A stretch of 64,000 bases of DNA, from NCBI GenBank assembly GCA_049652385.1, contig JBASDX010000001.1, forward strand, positions 28,698 to 92,697. The letters run 5' to 3'. This DNA comes from Bacteroidales bacterium. GTDB taxonomy: Bacteria; Bacteroidota; Bacteroidia; Bacteroidales; UBA932. Positions within the stretch are counted from its first letter, which is position 1; every line of letters starts with the position of its first letter. The notes under the pieces were generated by a model that did no database searches, had not been told where the DNA came from, and saw only the letters and a list, made by a program, of their open reading frames with translations. Shown in pieces: positions 15,991 to 27,100 of this stretch. The translations under genes were made by a program, and so were the position numbers.

Positions 15991-16142
15991 ACTATTATTG
16001 TTTTAATTAGTTACTACAAAAGTATACTACGCTATCTTCACAGCAAAGGTTGAATCCGTCTGCTAAGGTGTCATAACCGTTTCTTAACGGTTTGGCTTAT
16101 TATCGAGTCGGGAACTTCACAGGGAAATGCCTATTTTTGAAT

Positions 16143-16838
16143 ATGAAAAAATATTTCAGCCTGGTATATTGGTTTGGAGTAGTGCTGGTGATGAGCCTGG
16201 TATTTACCAGTATAGTCAATGGGTACTCCAAAGCTTTATTGCTGGCCATCATGTTTCTGCCCGGGGCGTTGCTGGCCAAATACCTTATGAAAGACTTGTC
16301 CTTCGAAAACAATCGCAAAGGTATATTGCACAGCCTCTGCCTGGCCGTTTCCACGTTGCTTACAGAATACCTTTGTATCATCTTTACCAGCTGGTACCTG
16401 CTAAAACTTTATCCCGGCACCTTGCCCGGTCTCATTTTCAATCCCATCCTTATCTGGCTGCTGCTGGCTGTATTTGTTATCCTGGAGCACCTCTTGCAAC
16501 ATTACCTGGTGAAAACCGTACAGCCTGATGAATATATCACTTTTACCTCGGATCGTAAAAAAGTCACATTAAAGATAGATTCCATTCTGCTGGTGGAATC
16601 ATGTGATGCCGAGGTGTGGATACGTACCGACAGCCAAACGGACTACCGTACCAAGATGAAAATCTCACAATGGGAATCGGTCCTGGACGATAGGTTTATC
16701 AGGGTTCATCGCTCCTACCTGATCAATACAAGCCACATTACACACTCCACCGCCAACCAGGTGATAGTAGGGGCTTATACCATAGAAATCTCCAGAAAAT
16801 ATAAGGACGATTTCAGGAAGTGGTCACTTAGTTCGTAG
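16143..16838 (+). CDS. Membrane-anchored LytTR DNA-binding domain protein
   Basis: N-terminal TM helices. C-terminal ...FIRVHRSYLIN... is the LytTR signature. Confidence 0.75.
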   Translation: MKKYFSLVYWFGVVLVMSLVFTSIVNGYSKALLLAIMFLPGALLAKYLMKDLSFENNRKGILHSLCLAVSTLLTEYLCIIFTSWYLLKLYPGTLPGLIFNPILIWLLLAVFVILEHLLQHYLVKTVQPDEYITFTSDRKKVTLKIDSILLVESCDAEVWIRTDSQTDYRTKMKISQWESVLDDRFIRVHRSYLINTSHITHSTANQVIVGAYTIEISRKYKDDFRKWSLSS

Positions 16839-16910
16839 CAGGATTTTATCTCAACCCATCATATAATAACCAAAAAGACTATATTTGCATATTATATGAT
16901 GAGTTAAGGT

Positions 16911-17228
16911 ATGGCAAAAAGGACAATGGGGACAAAACTTCCTCGAAAACTGGAGCAGAAGATGCAGACAGTGGGAGAACAAATCAAACTGGCTCGTCTG
17001 CGAAGAAATTTAAGTATAGCACAAGTTGCCGAGCGTGCCACCTGTTCGCCACTTACAGTAGCACGTATAGAAAAAGGAACCTCTACGGTAGCCATCGGTA
17101 TCTATTTGCGCGTACTCTACGCACTGCAATTGGATGATGATATTCTGTGGCTTGCCAAAGAAGACAAACTGGGCAGGGCTTTACAAGATTTAAGTATGGT
17201 TGTTCGCCAGCGTGCTTCTAAAAAGTAA
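16911..17228 (+). CDS. hipB: XRE-family HTH antitoxin (HipB-like)
   Basis: LRRNLSIAQVAERATCSPLTVARIEKG. Lies directly upstream of hipA. Confidence 0.8.
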   Translation: MAKRTMGTKLPRKLEQKMQTVGEQIKLARLRRNLSIAQVAERATCSPLTVARIEKGTSTVAIGIYLRVLYALQLDDDILWLAKEDKLGRALQDLSMVVRQRASKK

Positions 17229-17233
17229 TTGCG

Positions 17234-18496
17234 ATGAAAAAAACATTAGTATATGCTGATTTTGATTGGCTTAAGGAAATAACGCTTGTGGGGGAACTCA
17301 GCTATCAATCCATTCGTGGTTCTGATAGTTATGGGTTTACGTTTGATGACGAATGGCTTATAAAATACGGAAGCTTGTTTCTAAGTGCGGATCTGAATAA
17401 CTACCCGGGACTGCAATATACCCAACCCGGAAAAGATATATTTGGATGCTTTTCTGACGTACTTCCTGATCGTTGGGGAAGGACGTTGTTGAACCGTAGA
17501 GAACAGATTTTGGCTGCGGAAGAAAACCGTCCCGCCCGCCGGCTTTCCTCTTATGATTATCTTATAGGCATTGATGATTTTTCCAGAATGGGTGGATTTC
17601 GATTTAAAGAACAAGTTGAGCATGATTTTATAAACAAGAACAGTCGGTTTACCATCCCTCCCATTGCAAGCATAAGGTCGTTATTTCAGGCCAGTCAAGA
17701 GATTGAAAGAAGTGAGGAAAGCAGCCAATTGCCTGACAAGAAATGGCTTACACAATTGATTCAACCCGGAACTTCCCTGGGAGGAGCTCGCCCTAAAGCA
17801 AGTGTAATAGATGAAAACAAGCGTTTATATATGGCAAAATTTCCATCGCGCAAAGATGATTACGACTGTGGTTTATGGGAGCATTTTTGCCACCTGCTTG
17901 CCCAAAAAGCAGGTATACATACCGCACAATCACAAGTGCTTTCTCTTAGTGAGAAATACCACACATTTTTGTCACGAAGGTTTGACAGAACAGATAGCGG
18001 AAAACGCATCCATTTTGCCTCTGCCCTCACTGCATTAGGTTTCTCGGATGGAGACAGTGCTTCTTCCGGACACGGTTATCCGGATATTGTAGACTTCATA
18101 GTACAAAACTGCACCGATGTAGAAACCAACCTCCAGGAACTTTTCCGCCGTGTGGCTTTCAATATTTGTATAGCCAATTCCGATGATCATTTTCGCAACC
18201 ACGGTTTTATCCTTACCGCCAGGGGATGGACCCTTTCTCCTGCCTACGACATGAATCCCAGTCTAAACAAGTACCAAAGTCTGCTTATTTCCAAATCTTC
18301 CAATAAAGCGGACTTATCAATTTTATTGAATGCATCTGAAGATTATATGCTTTATAAAACAACGGCTGAACAAATAATATCTCAGGTAGTAACCGTTGTA
18401 AAAAACTGGCAACCACTGGCAACCCGGTTAGGTATTACAAAACGGGAAATGGACACCTTTGGAGAGGTATTTAAAAAACGCACCAATGTTTTGTAG
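17234..18496 (+). CDS. hipA: HipA-family serine/threonine kinase toxin
   Basis: 420 aa. SLGGARPKA and NSDDHFRNHGF catalytic-loop motifs. Confidence 0.9.
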   Translation: MKKTLVYADFDWLKEITLVGELSYQSIRGSDSYGFTFDDEWLIKYGSLFLSADLNNYPGLQYTQPGKDIFGCFSDVLPDRWGRTLLNRREQILAAEENRPARRLSSYDYLIGIDDFSRMGGFRFKEQVEHDFINKNSRFTIPPIASIRSLFQASQEIERSEESSQLPDKKWLTQLIQPGTSLGGARPKASVIDENKRLYMAKFPSRKDDYDCGLWEHFCHLLAQKAGIHTAQSQVLSLSEKYHTFLSRRFDRTDSGKRIHFASALTALGFSDGDSASSGHGYPDIVDFIVQNCTDVETNLQELFRRVAFNICIANSDDHFRNHGFILTARGWTLSPAYDMNPSLNKYQSLLISKSSNKADLSILLNASEDYMLYKTTAEQIISQVVTVVKNWQPLATRLGITKREMDTFGEVFKKRTNVL

Positions 18497-18504
18497 CAGA
18501 AAGC

Positions 18505-18539
18505 CGTTCTATTTCTTCAGCTTGACCACCAGCAGGCAG
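18505..18539. repeat. Roughly 33-35-bp copy of the 3' end of the cupin gene (matches 21883-21915)
   Basis: CGTT(C)TATTTCTTCAGCTTGACCACCA(G/A)CAGGC(A/G)G occurs at both places, in direct orientation. Confidence 0.75.
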
Positions 18540-18673
18540 TAGCACTTATAGAAAAAGGAATGCCTACGGTAGCTATAGGTATCTACTTGCGCGTACTCTA
18601 CGCACTGCAATTGGATGATGATATTCTGTGGCTTGCCACAGAAGACAAACCGGGCAAAATTTTGCAAGATTTA
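18537..18673 (+). pseudogene. hipB 3' fragment (duplicate of 17056-17192)
   Basis: About 123 of 137 positions are identical by hand alignment. The region encodes ...AIGIYLRVLYALQLDDDILWLA... as in HipB. There is no 5' half and no downstream hipA. Confidence 0.8.
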
Positions 18674-18749
18674 CGTATTACAAAAAAATATCCGAGAACC
18701 TGGATGTACCAAAGCTCCCGGATATGTCATGAGGCAATAGCCATCCGGA

Positions 18750-21700
18750 TTATTTTAGACTCTTCAATTTCTTCGCATCCTTCCAACTGCCTTTTATAAA
18801 TACCGGCGGAGCCAGGGGTTCGAATTTTTCTGCCATAGCAGGTGCGGCAGAAGGTTTTGTAAGGTTGGGAGCATCAAATGTGGCAAACTCTTCAAAAGTA
18901 GCCTCCCTGTTCTCGGACAAACGTATAATGCGCTTGTATATAGCAAATCTTGAGGGCGCATTGTAACCGCCGACATTAAGGTGCATAATGCTGTTGTGCG
19001 TGGGTCTCCAGGCTCCGGAAGCATACGTCAAGGCACCCTCATAGATACCTACAACATCCTGATAGCGCGTATCGCTTAACATGACCGACCATTGTATCTC
19101 GGCCGGATTGGACGTAACATCTACGTTCCCTCCCCAACCCAGAACATCTCTTTTGTAAATGAAATCGTTCTTATCACTCGCAGAAATGGTCCCTGAATAA
19201 GCGTATTCATCCAACAGTTTCCCAAAACCGTGTCCTCCGCTTTCATGCCTGATCAGCTTGGCAAATTCCGCTTCTGAGAACCCCGAGATTGTCGAGTAAC
19301 CAATGGCAGCGTTGTCTTCGTACATATAGCATGTACCCGAATAATTGGGGGAGTTGACCACAACGCTGACCAGGGTTTTTGCCAGGTCAACACCGGGAAC
19401 TTTCTGTGCATAAGTGAATACTGCCACATCATCTCCGCCCACTTTTGTTCCGGCACCAAAATAGGTGCTAAAAGCCGTTTCTGAATTGTCCGTAATCTCG
19501 CGGTTTTTAGACACGGCAGCCACGGAATACACGTCAAAACGATTTCGCAAAGAGGTATAAGGCTCTTCACTAAAGAACGCTTCTACCGCCTGATTGATTC
19601 TGGTATCAAAAGAACCATCGGCATGGTCCTTATCTGTAAATGCATCGCCGGTAAATATAAGTGTTATGCCACTTCCGGCCGTATGTGTCTGGATTGTCCT
19701 GACTGCCCCGTCTGCCGAATAATCTGTGGAAGCATAATAACTTACACTTCCTGAACCTTCGCCCAGTTTATCTGCAATAAAAGCTTCCAGATCATCCCTA
19801 TTTTGTGAGAAAGATAAAGTAGAAAATACAATGTTGCCGATTTTGTCAACAACGTGGACGGATGGTGAACCACCCTGAGTCATCATGGAATAATAGGCAT
19901 CATGGTACTTGGGAGTCACGTATATGGTTCTCCATGGCATACCTAATTGATCAGCAACCTCCTTCAGTATCTGATCTGTCATGCCCATCTGATCATAAAG
20001 TTGATCAGAACTTGAATAGCCAATAACATCAAGACCTTTGGATTTATACTGATTGTAGAGTGAAATTAATGTAGGATGAAACGCTGTAGCATAAGGACAC
20101 CAGGATTGCCATGAATACAATACCGTGTATTGGTTTGCTGTGTATTCCTCTCCCAGATTAATGCGGTTTCCTTCCACATCATTGAACGTAAAGTCAGGTG
20201 CCGGGAAATAGGTAAGAGTGGAAAGATCAAAATTATTATAGGCTGTAATTGTCCCCCAGAATTTATCCCAGATATTGGGATTGTTAAGAATAGAAATGGG
20301 TATAATGCCCGAAAATTCGTTGGCAGCCAGGCGGAATATTTCAAGATTATTCAACGTTCCCAGTTCGTCGGGCAGTGAGCCGGAGAAAGAATTATCGTTG
20401 AGTCCAACCTGAATAAGATTCATCTGCCCCAGTTCTTTTGGCAAAGGTCCAGAAAAATTATTACTGTTCAACCATAAACCTGTAAGCTTACTTAACCCGG
20501 CAATTTTAGGTGACAGCTCCCCGGAAAGGTTGTTGACACCTAGATTCAGGTAAGACAATTCAGGAAGGGAATACAATTCTTCCGGAATTTCTCCGCTCAG
20601 TTCATTTCCATACAGATTCAAAATTTCTAATTCCTTCAGGTTTCCTATTTCAGCGGGAATACTTCCGCTTATGCCGTAGTTGTATCCCAGAAAAAGATAG
20701 GTAAGTTTCACCAAATCCCCGATTTCAGCAGGTAACGTGCCGGAAAGGTTGTTTTCATGCAGCTCCAGTCGGATAACATCCCCGTTTCCATCCGTCGTTA
20801 CCCCATACCACTCTCCAAGCGGTTTGTCAGAGCCCCAGTTGTCTTTTTTATTCCATTGAAAGCCATTCAATGCGTTGTACAGCGCCATCAATGCAGACCT
20901 TTGACCGGCTATCAGGTCCCGGGTTAGTTGGGTGATGGTGATAAAACTTTCTTTACCGGCCCCTGTCACTTTGATTTGACCTACCCTGCCTTCGTTGCTC
21001 TCGTTTTCTGCAATTTGCAATACAATGTTGTAATCTTCCAGTCCTTTTGTGCGGGGGTTGGTAATGGAAATCCAATCCTGCGCACCCTCCATGACACTAC
21101 ATGTATATTCAGTATTGGTAGAAACAGGTACTTTCAACTCTCCGCCTTCACTGTCTACCTCAAATTCTTTCTGACTCATAATCAATTCATCTTTCTGACT
21201 TTGAGTAATTGTAACAGTAGCAGATTGGCCTTCATAAGCAATGGTAACGGTCCCTGTTCTTGCATCGTACGTTTGGTTCTTTGCAGCCTGCAAAATAATT
21301 GTATAATTGGACAACGCTTTTGTCTTACTAACTGACAGCCAGGATTTAGCACCTTCAGAAACGGTGCAGGTATAAGTCACATTAGCTTTAATAGGTATGG
21401 AGATATTACCACCGTCTTTACCAACGGAGAACGTAGTACCGGTGAGCTGAAAACCTTTCTTTGCAGTTTGTTTAACGGTAAGTGTTTGTTTTTTATCACC
21501 TGCCATAATAGTGATGGTGGCAGTTCTGTCGTCGTAACTCGTATTCTCTTCCACAGATACCTCCAGGGTAATGTTTTCACCGGCATTGCCGAAAGCAGGC
21601 GAAGCAGACACCCAGGATGCGGAAGGTGTGGCAGTCCAGTCAGCTTCCGGACTGAATACAAAGTTGAAAGAAGCAGCAGCGGTTTCTACTGTATAAGACA

Positions 21701-21791
21701 TTCCCGTTTTGGGATTATCTTGTTTGTTACAGGAAGCCATAGAGATACACACCACAAAAAGTAGTGTAAGCAGTGAGGGTAAGCGGTTCAT
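18750..21791 (-). CDS. Lipoprotein with 3 BACON repeats + plant-type LRR region + thioredoxin-like domain + M64 (IgA-peptidase-like) domain
   Basis: 1013 aa. Lipobox is ISMASC. Three repeats of about 90 aa end in ...T(V/I)T(I/V)xQ. LRR units follow the pattern NxLSGxLPxEIGxLxxL. Also contains SWQSWCPYA. The C-terminal motif reads RHESGGHGFGKLLDEY. Confidence 0.75.
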   Translation of the reverse strand: MNRLPSLLTLLFVVCISMASCNKQDNPKTGMSYTVETAAASFNFVFSPEADWTATPSASWVSASPAFGNAGENITLEVSVEENTSYDDRTATITIMAGDKKQTLTVKQTAKKGFQLTGTTFSVGKDGGNISIPIKANVTYTCTVSEGAKSWLSVSKTKALSNYTIILQAAKNQTYDARTGTVTIAYEGQSATVTITQSQKDELIMSQKEFEVDSEGGELKVPVSTNTEYTCSVMEGAQDWISITNPRTKGLEDYNIVLQIAENESNEGRVGQIKVTGAGKESFITITQLTRDLIAGQRSALMALYNALNGFQWNKKDNWGSDKPLGEWYGVTTDGNGDVIRLELHENNLSGTLPAEIGDLVKLTYLFLGYNYGISGSIPAEIGNLKELEILNLYGNELSGEIPEELYSLPELSYLNLGVNNLSGELSPKIAGLSKLTGLWLNSNNFSGPLPKELGQMNLIQVGLNDNSFSGSLPDELGTLNNLEIFRLAANEFSGIIPISILNNPNIWDKFWGTITAYNNFDLSTLTYFPAPDFTFNDVEGNRINLGEEYTANQYTVLYSWQSWCPYATAFHPTLISLYNQYKSKGLDVIGYSSSDQLYDQMGMTDQILKEVADQLGMPWRTIYVTPKYHDAYYSMMTQGGSPSVHVVDKIGNIVFSTLSFSQNRDDLEAFIADKLGEGSGSVSYYASTDYSADGAVRTIQTHTAGSGITLIFTGDAFTDKDHADGSFDTRINQAVEAFFSEEPYTSLRNRFDVYSVAAVSKNREITDNSETAFSTYFGAGTKVGGDDVAVFTYAQKVPGVDLAKTLVSVVVNSPNYSGTCYMYEDNAAIGYSTISGFSEAEFAKLIRHESGGHGFGKLLDEYAYSGTISASDKNDFIYKRDVLGWGGNVDVTSNPAEIQWSVMLSDTRYQDVVGIYEGALTYASGAWRPTHNSIMHLNVGGYNAPSRFAIYKRIIRLSENREATFEEFATFDAPNLTKPSAAPAMAEKFEPLAPPVFIKGSWKDAKKLKSLK

Positions 21792-21884
21792 GGTTTACAG
21801 ATTTGATTAAATGAATCTGCAAATATGGGATTTATTCTAAACCGTTGTCATCAGAGGGGTAAAAAATGTCACTTTTCAATCGCG

Positions 21885-22199
21885 TTATTTCTTCAGCTTG
21901 ACCACCAACAGGCGGAACCGCTCGCTGTCCTTGTTGAAGGGGCGGTGGGGGATATTTTTGGGGCTGTCAATGAGCATGTCCGGACCTACTTTTTGGATTT
22001 CATCTCCTATTTCAATGAAACCTTCGCCTTCCAGGATGTAGAAGAATACGTCAATGGGGGTGGTATGAAGTTTTAATCCTTCGCCTTTTCCAAGAGAAAT
22101 GTGGACTACTTGTACGGCGTCTGAATTGAAAATGATGCGGGCGTCTACGCCGTGCGGATTTTTGGATGTTTCAAAATCTTTGTAAGAGGTGATTTTCAT
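21885..22199 (-). CDS. Cupin-domain protein
   Basis: 104 aa. HTTPIDVFFYILEGEG...P..PH pattern. Confidence 0.65.
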   Translation of the reverse strand: MKITSYKDFETSKNPHGVDARIIFNSDAVQVVHISLGKGEGLKLHTTPIDVFFYILEGEGFIEIGDEIQKVGPDMLIDSPKNIPHRPFNKDSERFRLLVVKLKK

Positions 22200-22371
22200 A
22201 AGGCATGTAATGCTAAAGGGTAAATACTATAAGGTAGTATAGCAAATAACGTGCAGGGAACACTTATTTATGTGTATACTGAAAAAATGGCAGGTATATC
22301 ATTAATTATGGAGATAGTTGTAATATTATAAAAAATTACTTAAATTTGTAAAAGTTCAAAAAGCCATTCTT

Positions 22372-22998
22372 ATGGGGGTACCTGATAAGAGATATTTATA
22401 CGTTGTTCTGTATGGTGCATTCATAGCACAACTTGCGGGTGTACTTCTTTTGTGTAGACCTACAACACATATTTTTTTATTGGCGCTTTTATACCTGATT
22501 AATGCACAGGTCGTGTTTTTTACCTGGGGTATGAATAAAACAAACCTGCCGGGTAAAAAGCAGCGTAGGGAAGAAAATGAAAAAATGGAGAAGAAATCTG
22601 TATCAAAGCCGATTAAAAAAACATGTAGAGATGTTAAGATCTTTTTCTACATGGGGTTGGTAATGATTATAGTAGCCATTAGTCTTCTCATTTTTAACAA
22701 CAACTTGCAAGGTTATGTGATACAATTTACGGCATTGGGACTTAGTACGCTGCTGGCTATCCAGTGGAACAACAATGCCAAGTTGTACCGCCTGACAAAT
22801 AAAAAAATGGTTTTGGCGTTTCTTATCACAGTAATTATGCTGATGGCAATGGCTGTATGGTTTATACTTATACCGCCTTTTACATGGGATACACGCTTTA
22901 AGGTACTGGCATGGTTATGTTTTGTGAGCTCAGCGGTATTGCTGACGAATTATTACTATGCCATGCGTTTGATAAAAATGTTCTCTGTTCCCGTATAA
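22372..22998 (+). CDS. Hypothetical multi-pass membrane protein
   Basis: 208 aa. Several hydrophobic helices separated by a Lys/Glu-rich loop. Confidence 0.45.
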   Translation: MGVPDKRYLYVVLYGAFIAQLAGVLLLCRPTTHIFLLALLYLINAQVVFFTWGMNKTNLPGKKQRREENEKMEKKSVSKPIKKTCRDVKIFFYMGLVMIIVAISLLIFNNNLQGYVIQFTALGLSTLLAIQWNNNAKLYRLTNKKMVLAFLITVIMLMAMAVWFILIPPFTWDTRFKVLAWLCFVSSAVLLTNYYYAMRLIKMFSVPV

Positions 22999-23063
22999 AT
23001 ACTTAGTTATTATTAAACTTTTGGCAAAGACTGAAGTCAAACTTTCAGTCTTTTTTTTATTTT

Positions 23064-24167
23064 TTGCATATGTTAAAACGAGTCCGATGGATCATAGTAT
23101 CCCTTGTCTTCATCTTGTTGGGGGGTATTCTTTATTTTATAACTGCCGGAAGAAAAGCAAACCCGCAAGGATTGGCCGGATTACCGGGTCCCGGGAGTCA
23201 GGGTGAACGTGTCTTGCATGTACATGTGGAAGTGTTGGATACGCATCCCATGACCGATTATACCATTACAACGGGTGATATTTTGCCGGCAGAAGAAGTG
23301 AATCTGACTTTTGAGATTTCCGGGAAAGTAGTGGAGATTTGCTTTAACGAAGGTGAATTTGTAAAGAAAGGAACGGTATTGGCCCGCATAAATGATGCAC
23401 CGTTGCAGGCGCAGCTCAAAAAGCTGGAATCGCAGGTAAAACTGGCACAAGACCGGGTCTATCGCCAGCAGGCGTTGCTGGAAAAAGACGCTGTGAGCCG
23501 GGAAGCCTTTGAGTCTGTACAAACCGATTACAACAAATTGATGGCAGATATAGAATTGGTAAAAGCACAACTGGCACAAACGGAACTGCGGGCCCCTTTT
23601 GACGGGGTTATTGGGTTACGCCGCTTGAGCGAGGGTGCTTATGCCTCGCCGGGTAGCACCATAGCCACGTTATCAGATATTGGTACGTTGAAGATTGAAT
23701 TTTCCGTACCGGAAATGTACGCTACCGATATCAAAAAAGGAACGCCCATTGAATTTGTGTTGACCGACAATCAGGGAAAGGAAAGGACGTGCCGGGCTAA
23801 CGTATATGCTGCCGAGGCGGGTATTCACCGGGACACACGCACTTTGACCGTACGGGCTTTGTACAGCAACGTGAGCCAATTATTGATTCCGGGAAGGTAT
23901 GTATCCGTGAAAATCTTGAAATCACAAATAGACCGGGCCGTCTCGGTTCCTTCAGAAGCCATCATTCCGGAAATGGGAGACAACCTTGTATTCGTGTATC
24001 GTAACGGAAAGGCTTACTCCATAAGTATGGAGGCAGGCTTGCGTACGGAAAGCCGGGTACAGGCCCTGAGCGGTGTAGAAGCCGGAGATACGCTCATTGT
24101 ATCGGGCGTGATGCAATTGCGCAACGGGCTGGATGTCGTGATTGATAAGTATGTGAACCGGCCATGA
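23064..24167 (+). CDS. RND efflux periplasmic adaptor (MFP/HlyD family)
   Basis: 367 aa. N-terminal TM, coiled-coil hairpin segment and barrel motifs. Its stop overlaps the RND pump start. Confidence 0.9.
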   Translation: MHMLKRVRWIIVSLVFILLGGILYFITAGRKANPQGLAGLPGPGSQGERVLHVHVEVLDTHPMTDYTITTGDILPAEEVNLTFEISGKVVEICFNEGEFVKKGTVLARINDAPLQAQLKKLESQVKLAQDRVYRQQALLEKDAVSREAFESVQTDYNKLMADIELVKAQLAQTELRAPFDGVIGLRRLSEGAYASPGSTIATLSDIGTLKIEFSVPEMYATDIKKGTPIEFVLTDNQGKERTCRANVYAAEAGIHRDTRTLTVRALYSNVSQLLIPGRYVSVKILKSQIDRAVSVPSEAIIPEMGDNLVFVYRNGKAYSISMEAGLRTESRVQALSGVEAGDTLIVSGVMQLRNGLDVVIDKYVNRP

Positions 24168-27100
24168 ACGTTTCTGAATTAAGTATAAAAAGGCCGGTGC
24201 TGGCCACGGTAGTGGTTCTGGTCATTACCCTGTTTGGTCTTATTGGATACACGTTTTTAGGGACGCGTGAATTTCCCAGTGTGGACCAGCCCATTATTAC
24301 GGTCAGTACCAGTTATCCGGGAGCCAATGCAGACGTTATCATGAACCAGATTACGGAGCCATTGGAGCAAAACATAAACGGTATTCCCGGTATTCGTTCC
24401 CTAAGCAGCGTGAGCAGCCAGGGGATGTCGCGTATAACGGTAGAGTTTGAATTGAGTGTAGATTTGGAAACGGCTGCCAACGACGTCAGGGACAAAGTAT
24501 CGCGGGCCCAACGTTTCCTGCCCAGGGATTGTGATCCGCCTACCGTGTCTAAAGCCGATGCGGATGCGCAGCCCATCATGCAGATAAGCGTGCGCAGCGA
24601 CAAGCGTTCTTTAATGGAAGTCAGTGAGATAGCAGACCTTACGGTCAAAGAACAATTGCAGACCATCCAGGACGTGAGTGGTGTAAGCATATGGGGAGAG
24701 AAACGGTATTCCATGCGTTTGTGGCTGGATCCGGTGCGTATGGCCGGCTACGGTATTACGCCGCTGGATGTCAAAAACGCTGTGGACAGGGAAAACGTAG
24801 AATTGCCTTCGGGGCGGATAGAAGGAGATAAAATTGAATTATCCATTCGCACATTGGGGCTTATGACAACGCCCTATGAGTTCAACAACCTGATTATTAA
24901 AGAGAGTAAAGGCAATATTGTCCGTTTTCAGGATGTAGGCTGGGCTGAATTGGGGCCGGAAGATACGCGCAGTGCCTTCCGCAAAGACGGGGTGCCGATG
25001 GTGGTGGTGGTCATTATCCCGCAGCCGGGGGCCAACCATATCATGATAGCGGACGAGGCCATCAGCCGTATTGAGCAGATGCAAAAAGACTTGCCTGAGG
25101 ATGTGTCGGTAGAAGTACTGATGGACAATACCCGGTTTATCAGGGCTTCCATAAAAGAAGTACGTAATACCATTTACATTGCCTTCTTGCTGGTGGTATT
25201 TATCATTTATGTCTTTTTGCGCGATTGGAGGGTAACCCTGGTACCGGTAGTCGTGATTCCCGTTTCTTTGGTAGGGGCTTTTTTCATCATGTACCTGGCC
25301 GGATTCTCCATCAACGTGCTTTCCATGCTGGCAGTAGTGCTATCGGTGGGGCTGGTGGTGGACGATGCCATTGTGGTGACGGAAAATATTTACGTACGTA
25401 TTGAGCGCGGTATAACGCCCATCAAAGCCGGTATAGAGGGGTCCAAAGAAATTTTCTTTGCTGTGGTGTCTACCACCATTACGCTGGTAGCCGTTTTTTT
25501 GCCCATTGTTTTTATGGAAGGGATGACGGGCCGGTTGTTCCGGGAATTTAGCATTGTCATTGCCGGAGCGGTATCTATTTCTTCTTTGGTAGCCCTTACG
25601 TTTACTCCCATGCTGGCTACAAAAATACTGCGCAAAAGAGATAAACAGGGCTGGTTATATATGAAAACGGAACCGTTTTTCAACGGCATGATTACGGGTT
25701 ATACGCGCTGGTTAAGTGTATTTATGAAACGAAAATGGCTGGCTATTCCCATAGTTGTACTTCTGCTGGCTGCCATAGGGTGGTATTGGAAAGTGCTTCC
25801 TTCTGAATTATCGCCACTGGAAGACCGCTCTCAATTTTCCATCAACGTCCGCGGTCAGGAGGGGAGTACGTTTGAATACGTACGTGATATCACCGATGAT
25901 ATAGCCCGGTTGGCCGATTCTGTAGTATACGAAAAAAGAGCGCTTACTTCACGTTCCGGCACCGGAAACGGTTTTGTGAGCATTATGCTGCCCGATATCG
26001 ACCAAAGGGAGCGCAGCCAGATGGAAATTGCCGAGGCGGTCACCCGACAGGTGACCCGCGAAACACGTGCCCGCGTATTTGTGCAGCAAGCTTCGACCTT
26101 TGGCGGCCGGCGAGGAGGCATGCCCGTGCAGTATGTGCTGCAGGCTCCCAATATTGAAAAATTACGGGAAGTGCTGCCTGTTTTTATGGAAGAAGTAGAC
26201 AAGAGTCCGGTCCTGCGTATGTCGGACGTAAACCTCAAGTTTACCAAACCGGAACTGCGAATTGTCATTGACAGGGATAAAGCCGGTATCATGGGTGTGA
26301 GTACGCGAACCATTGCGCAAACCCTGCAATACGCCTTAAGCGGACAACGCATGGGCTATTTTTATATGAACGGAAAGCAATACCAGATTCTAGGCGAAAT
26401 CAACAGGCGCCAACGCAACATGCCGGCCCATTTGGAGTCTATTTTTGTTCGCAACGACAAAGGGCAAATGATCCAGATGGAAAACTTGGTAGAGCTGGTG
26501 GAAGACGTTGCTCCGCCACAATTGTACCGGTACAACCGGTTTGTGTCGGCAACGGTTACATCCGGTCTTAACCGGGGCTACACCATAGGAGACGGGCTGG
26601 CAGAAATGGACCGTATTGCAGATCTGGTGCTGGATGAGACCTTTCGGACGGCATTGTCCGGAGAGTCTAAAGAGTTCAGGGAAAGTGCATCGAGCCTGAT
26701 TTTTGCCATGGTCCTGGCCCTGGTTTTGATTTTTCTGGTACTCTCGGCACAGTTTGAAAGTTTTAAAGACCCGTTGATTGTAATGTTTACTGTACCGCTC
26801 GCCTTGGCCGGAGGGTTGGCTTTGATGCGTTGGACCGGACAGACCATGAATATCTTCAGCCAGATTGGGTTAATCATGCTCATAGGATTGGTGGCCAAGA
26901 ACGGTATATTGATAGTGGAATTTGCCAACCAGAAACAGGCTGCCGGGCAACCGAAAATGGAGGCCATCGTAGCGGCTGCCTCGCAACGGTTGCGTCCCGT
27001 GTTGATGACCAGCATTTCTACCATATTGGGACTCATCCCGTTGGTGTTTGCTACGGGAGAAGGTGCCCACGGACGGGTGGCTATGGGTATAGCCGTAACG

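Noticed and set aside
18560-18799. 79-aa ORF annotated by the track
   Set aside because: Its N-terminal half is the duplicated hipB 3' fragment, and it then reads through antisense into the 3' end of the 1013-aa gene. It is a scar, not a gene.
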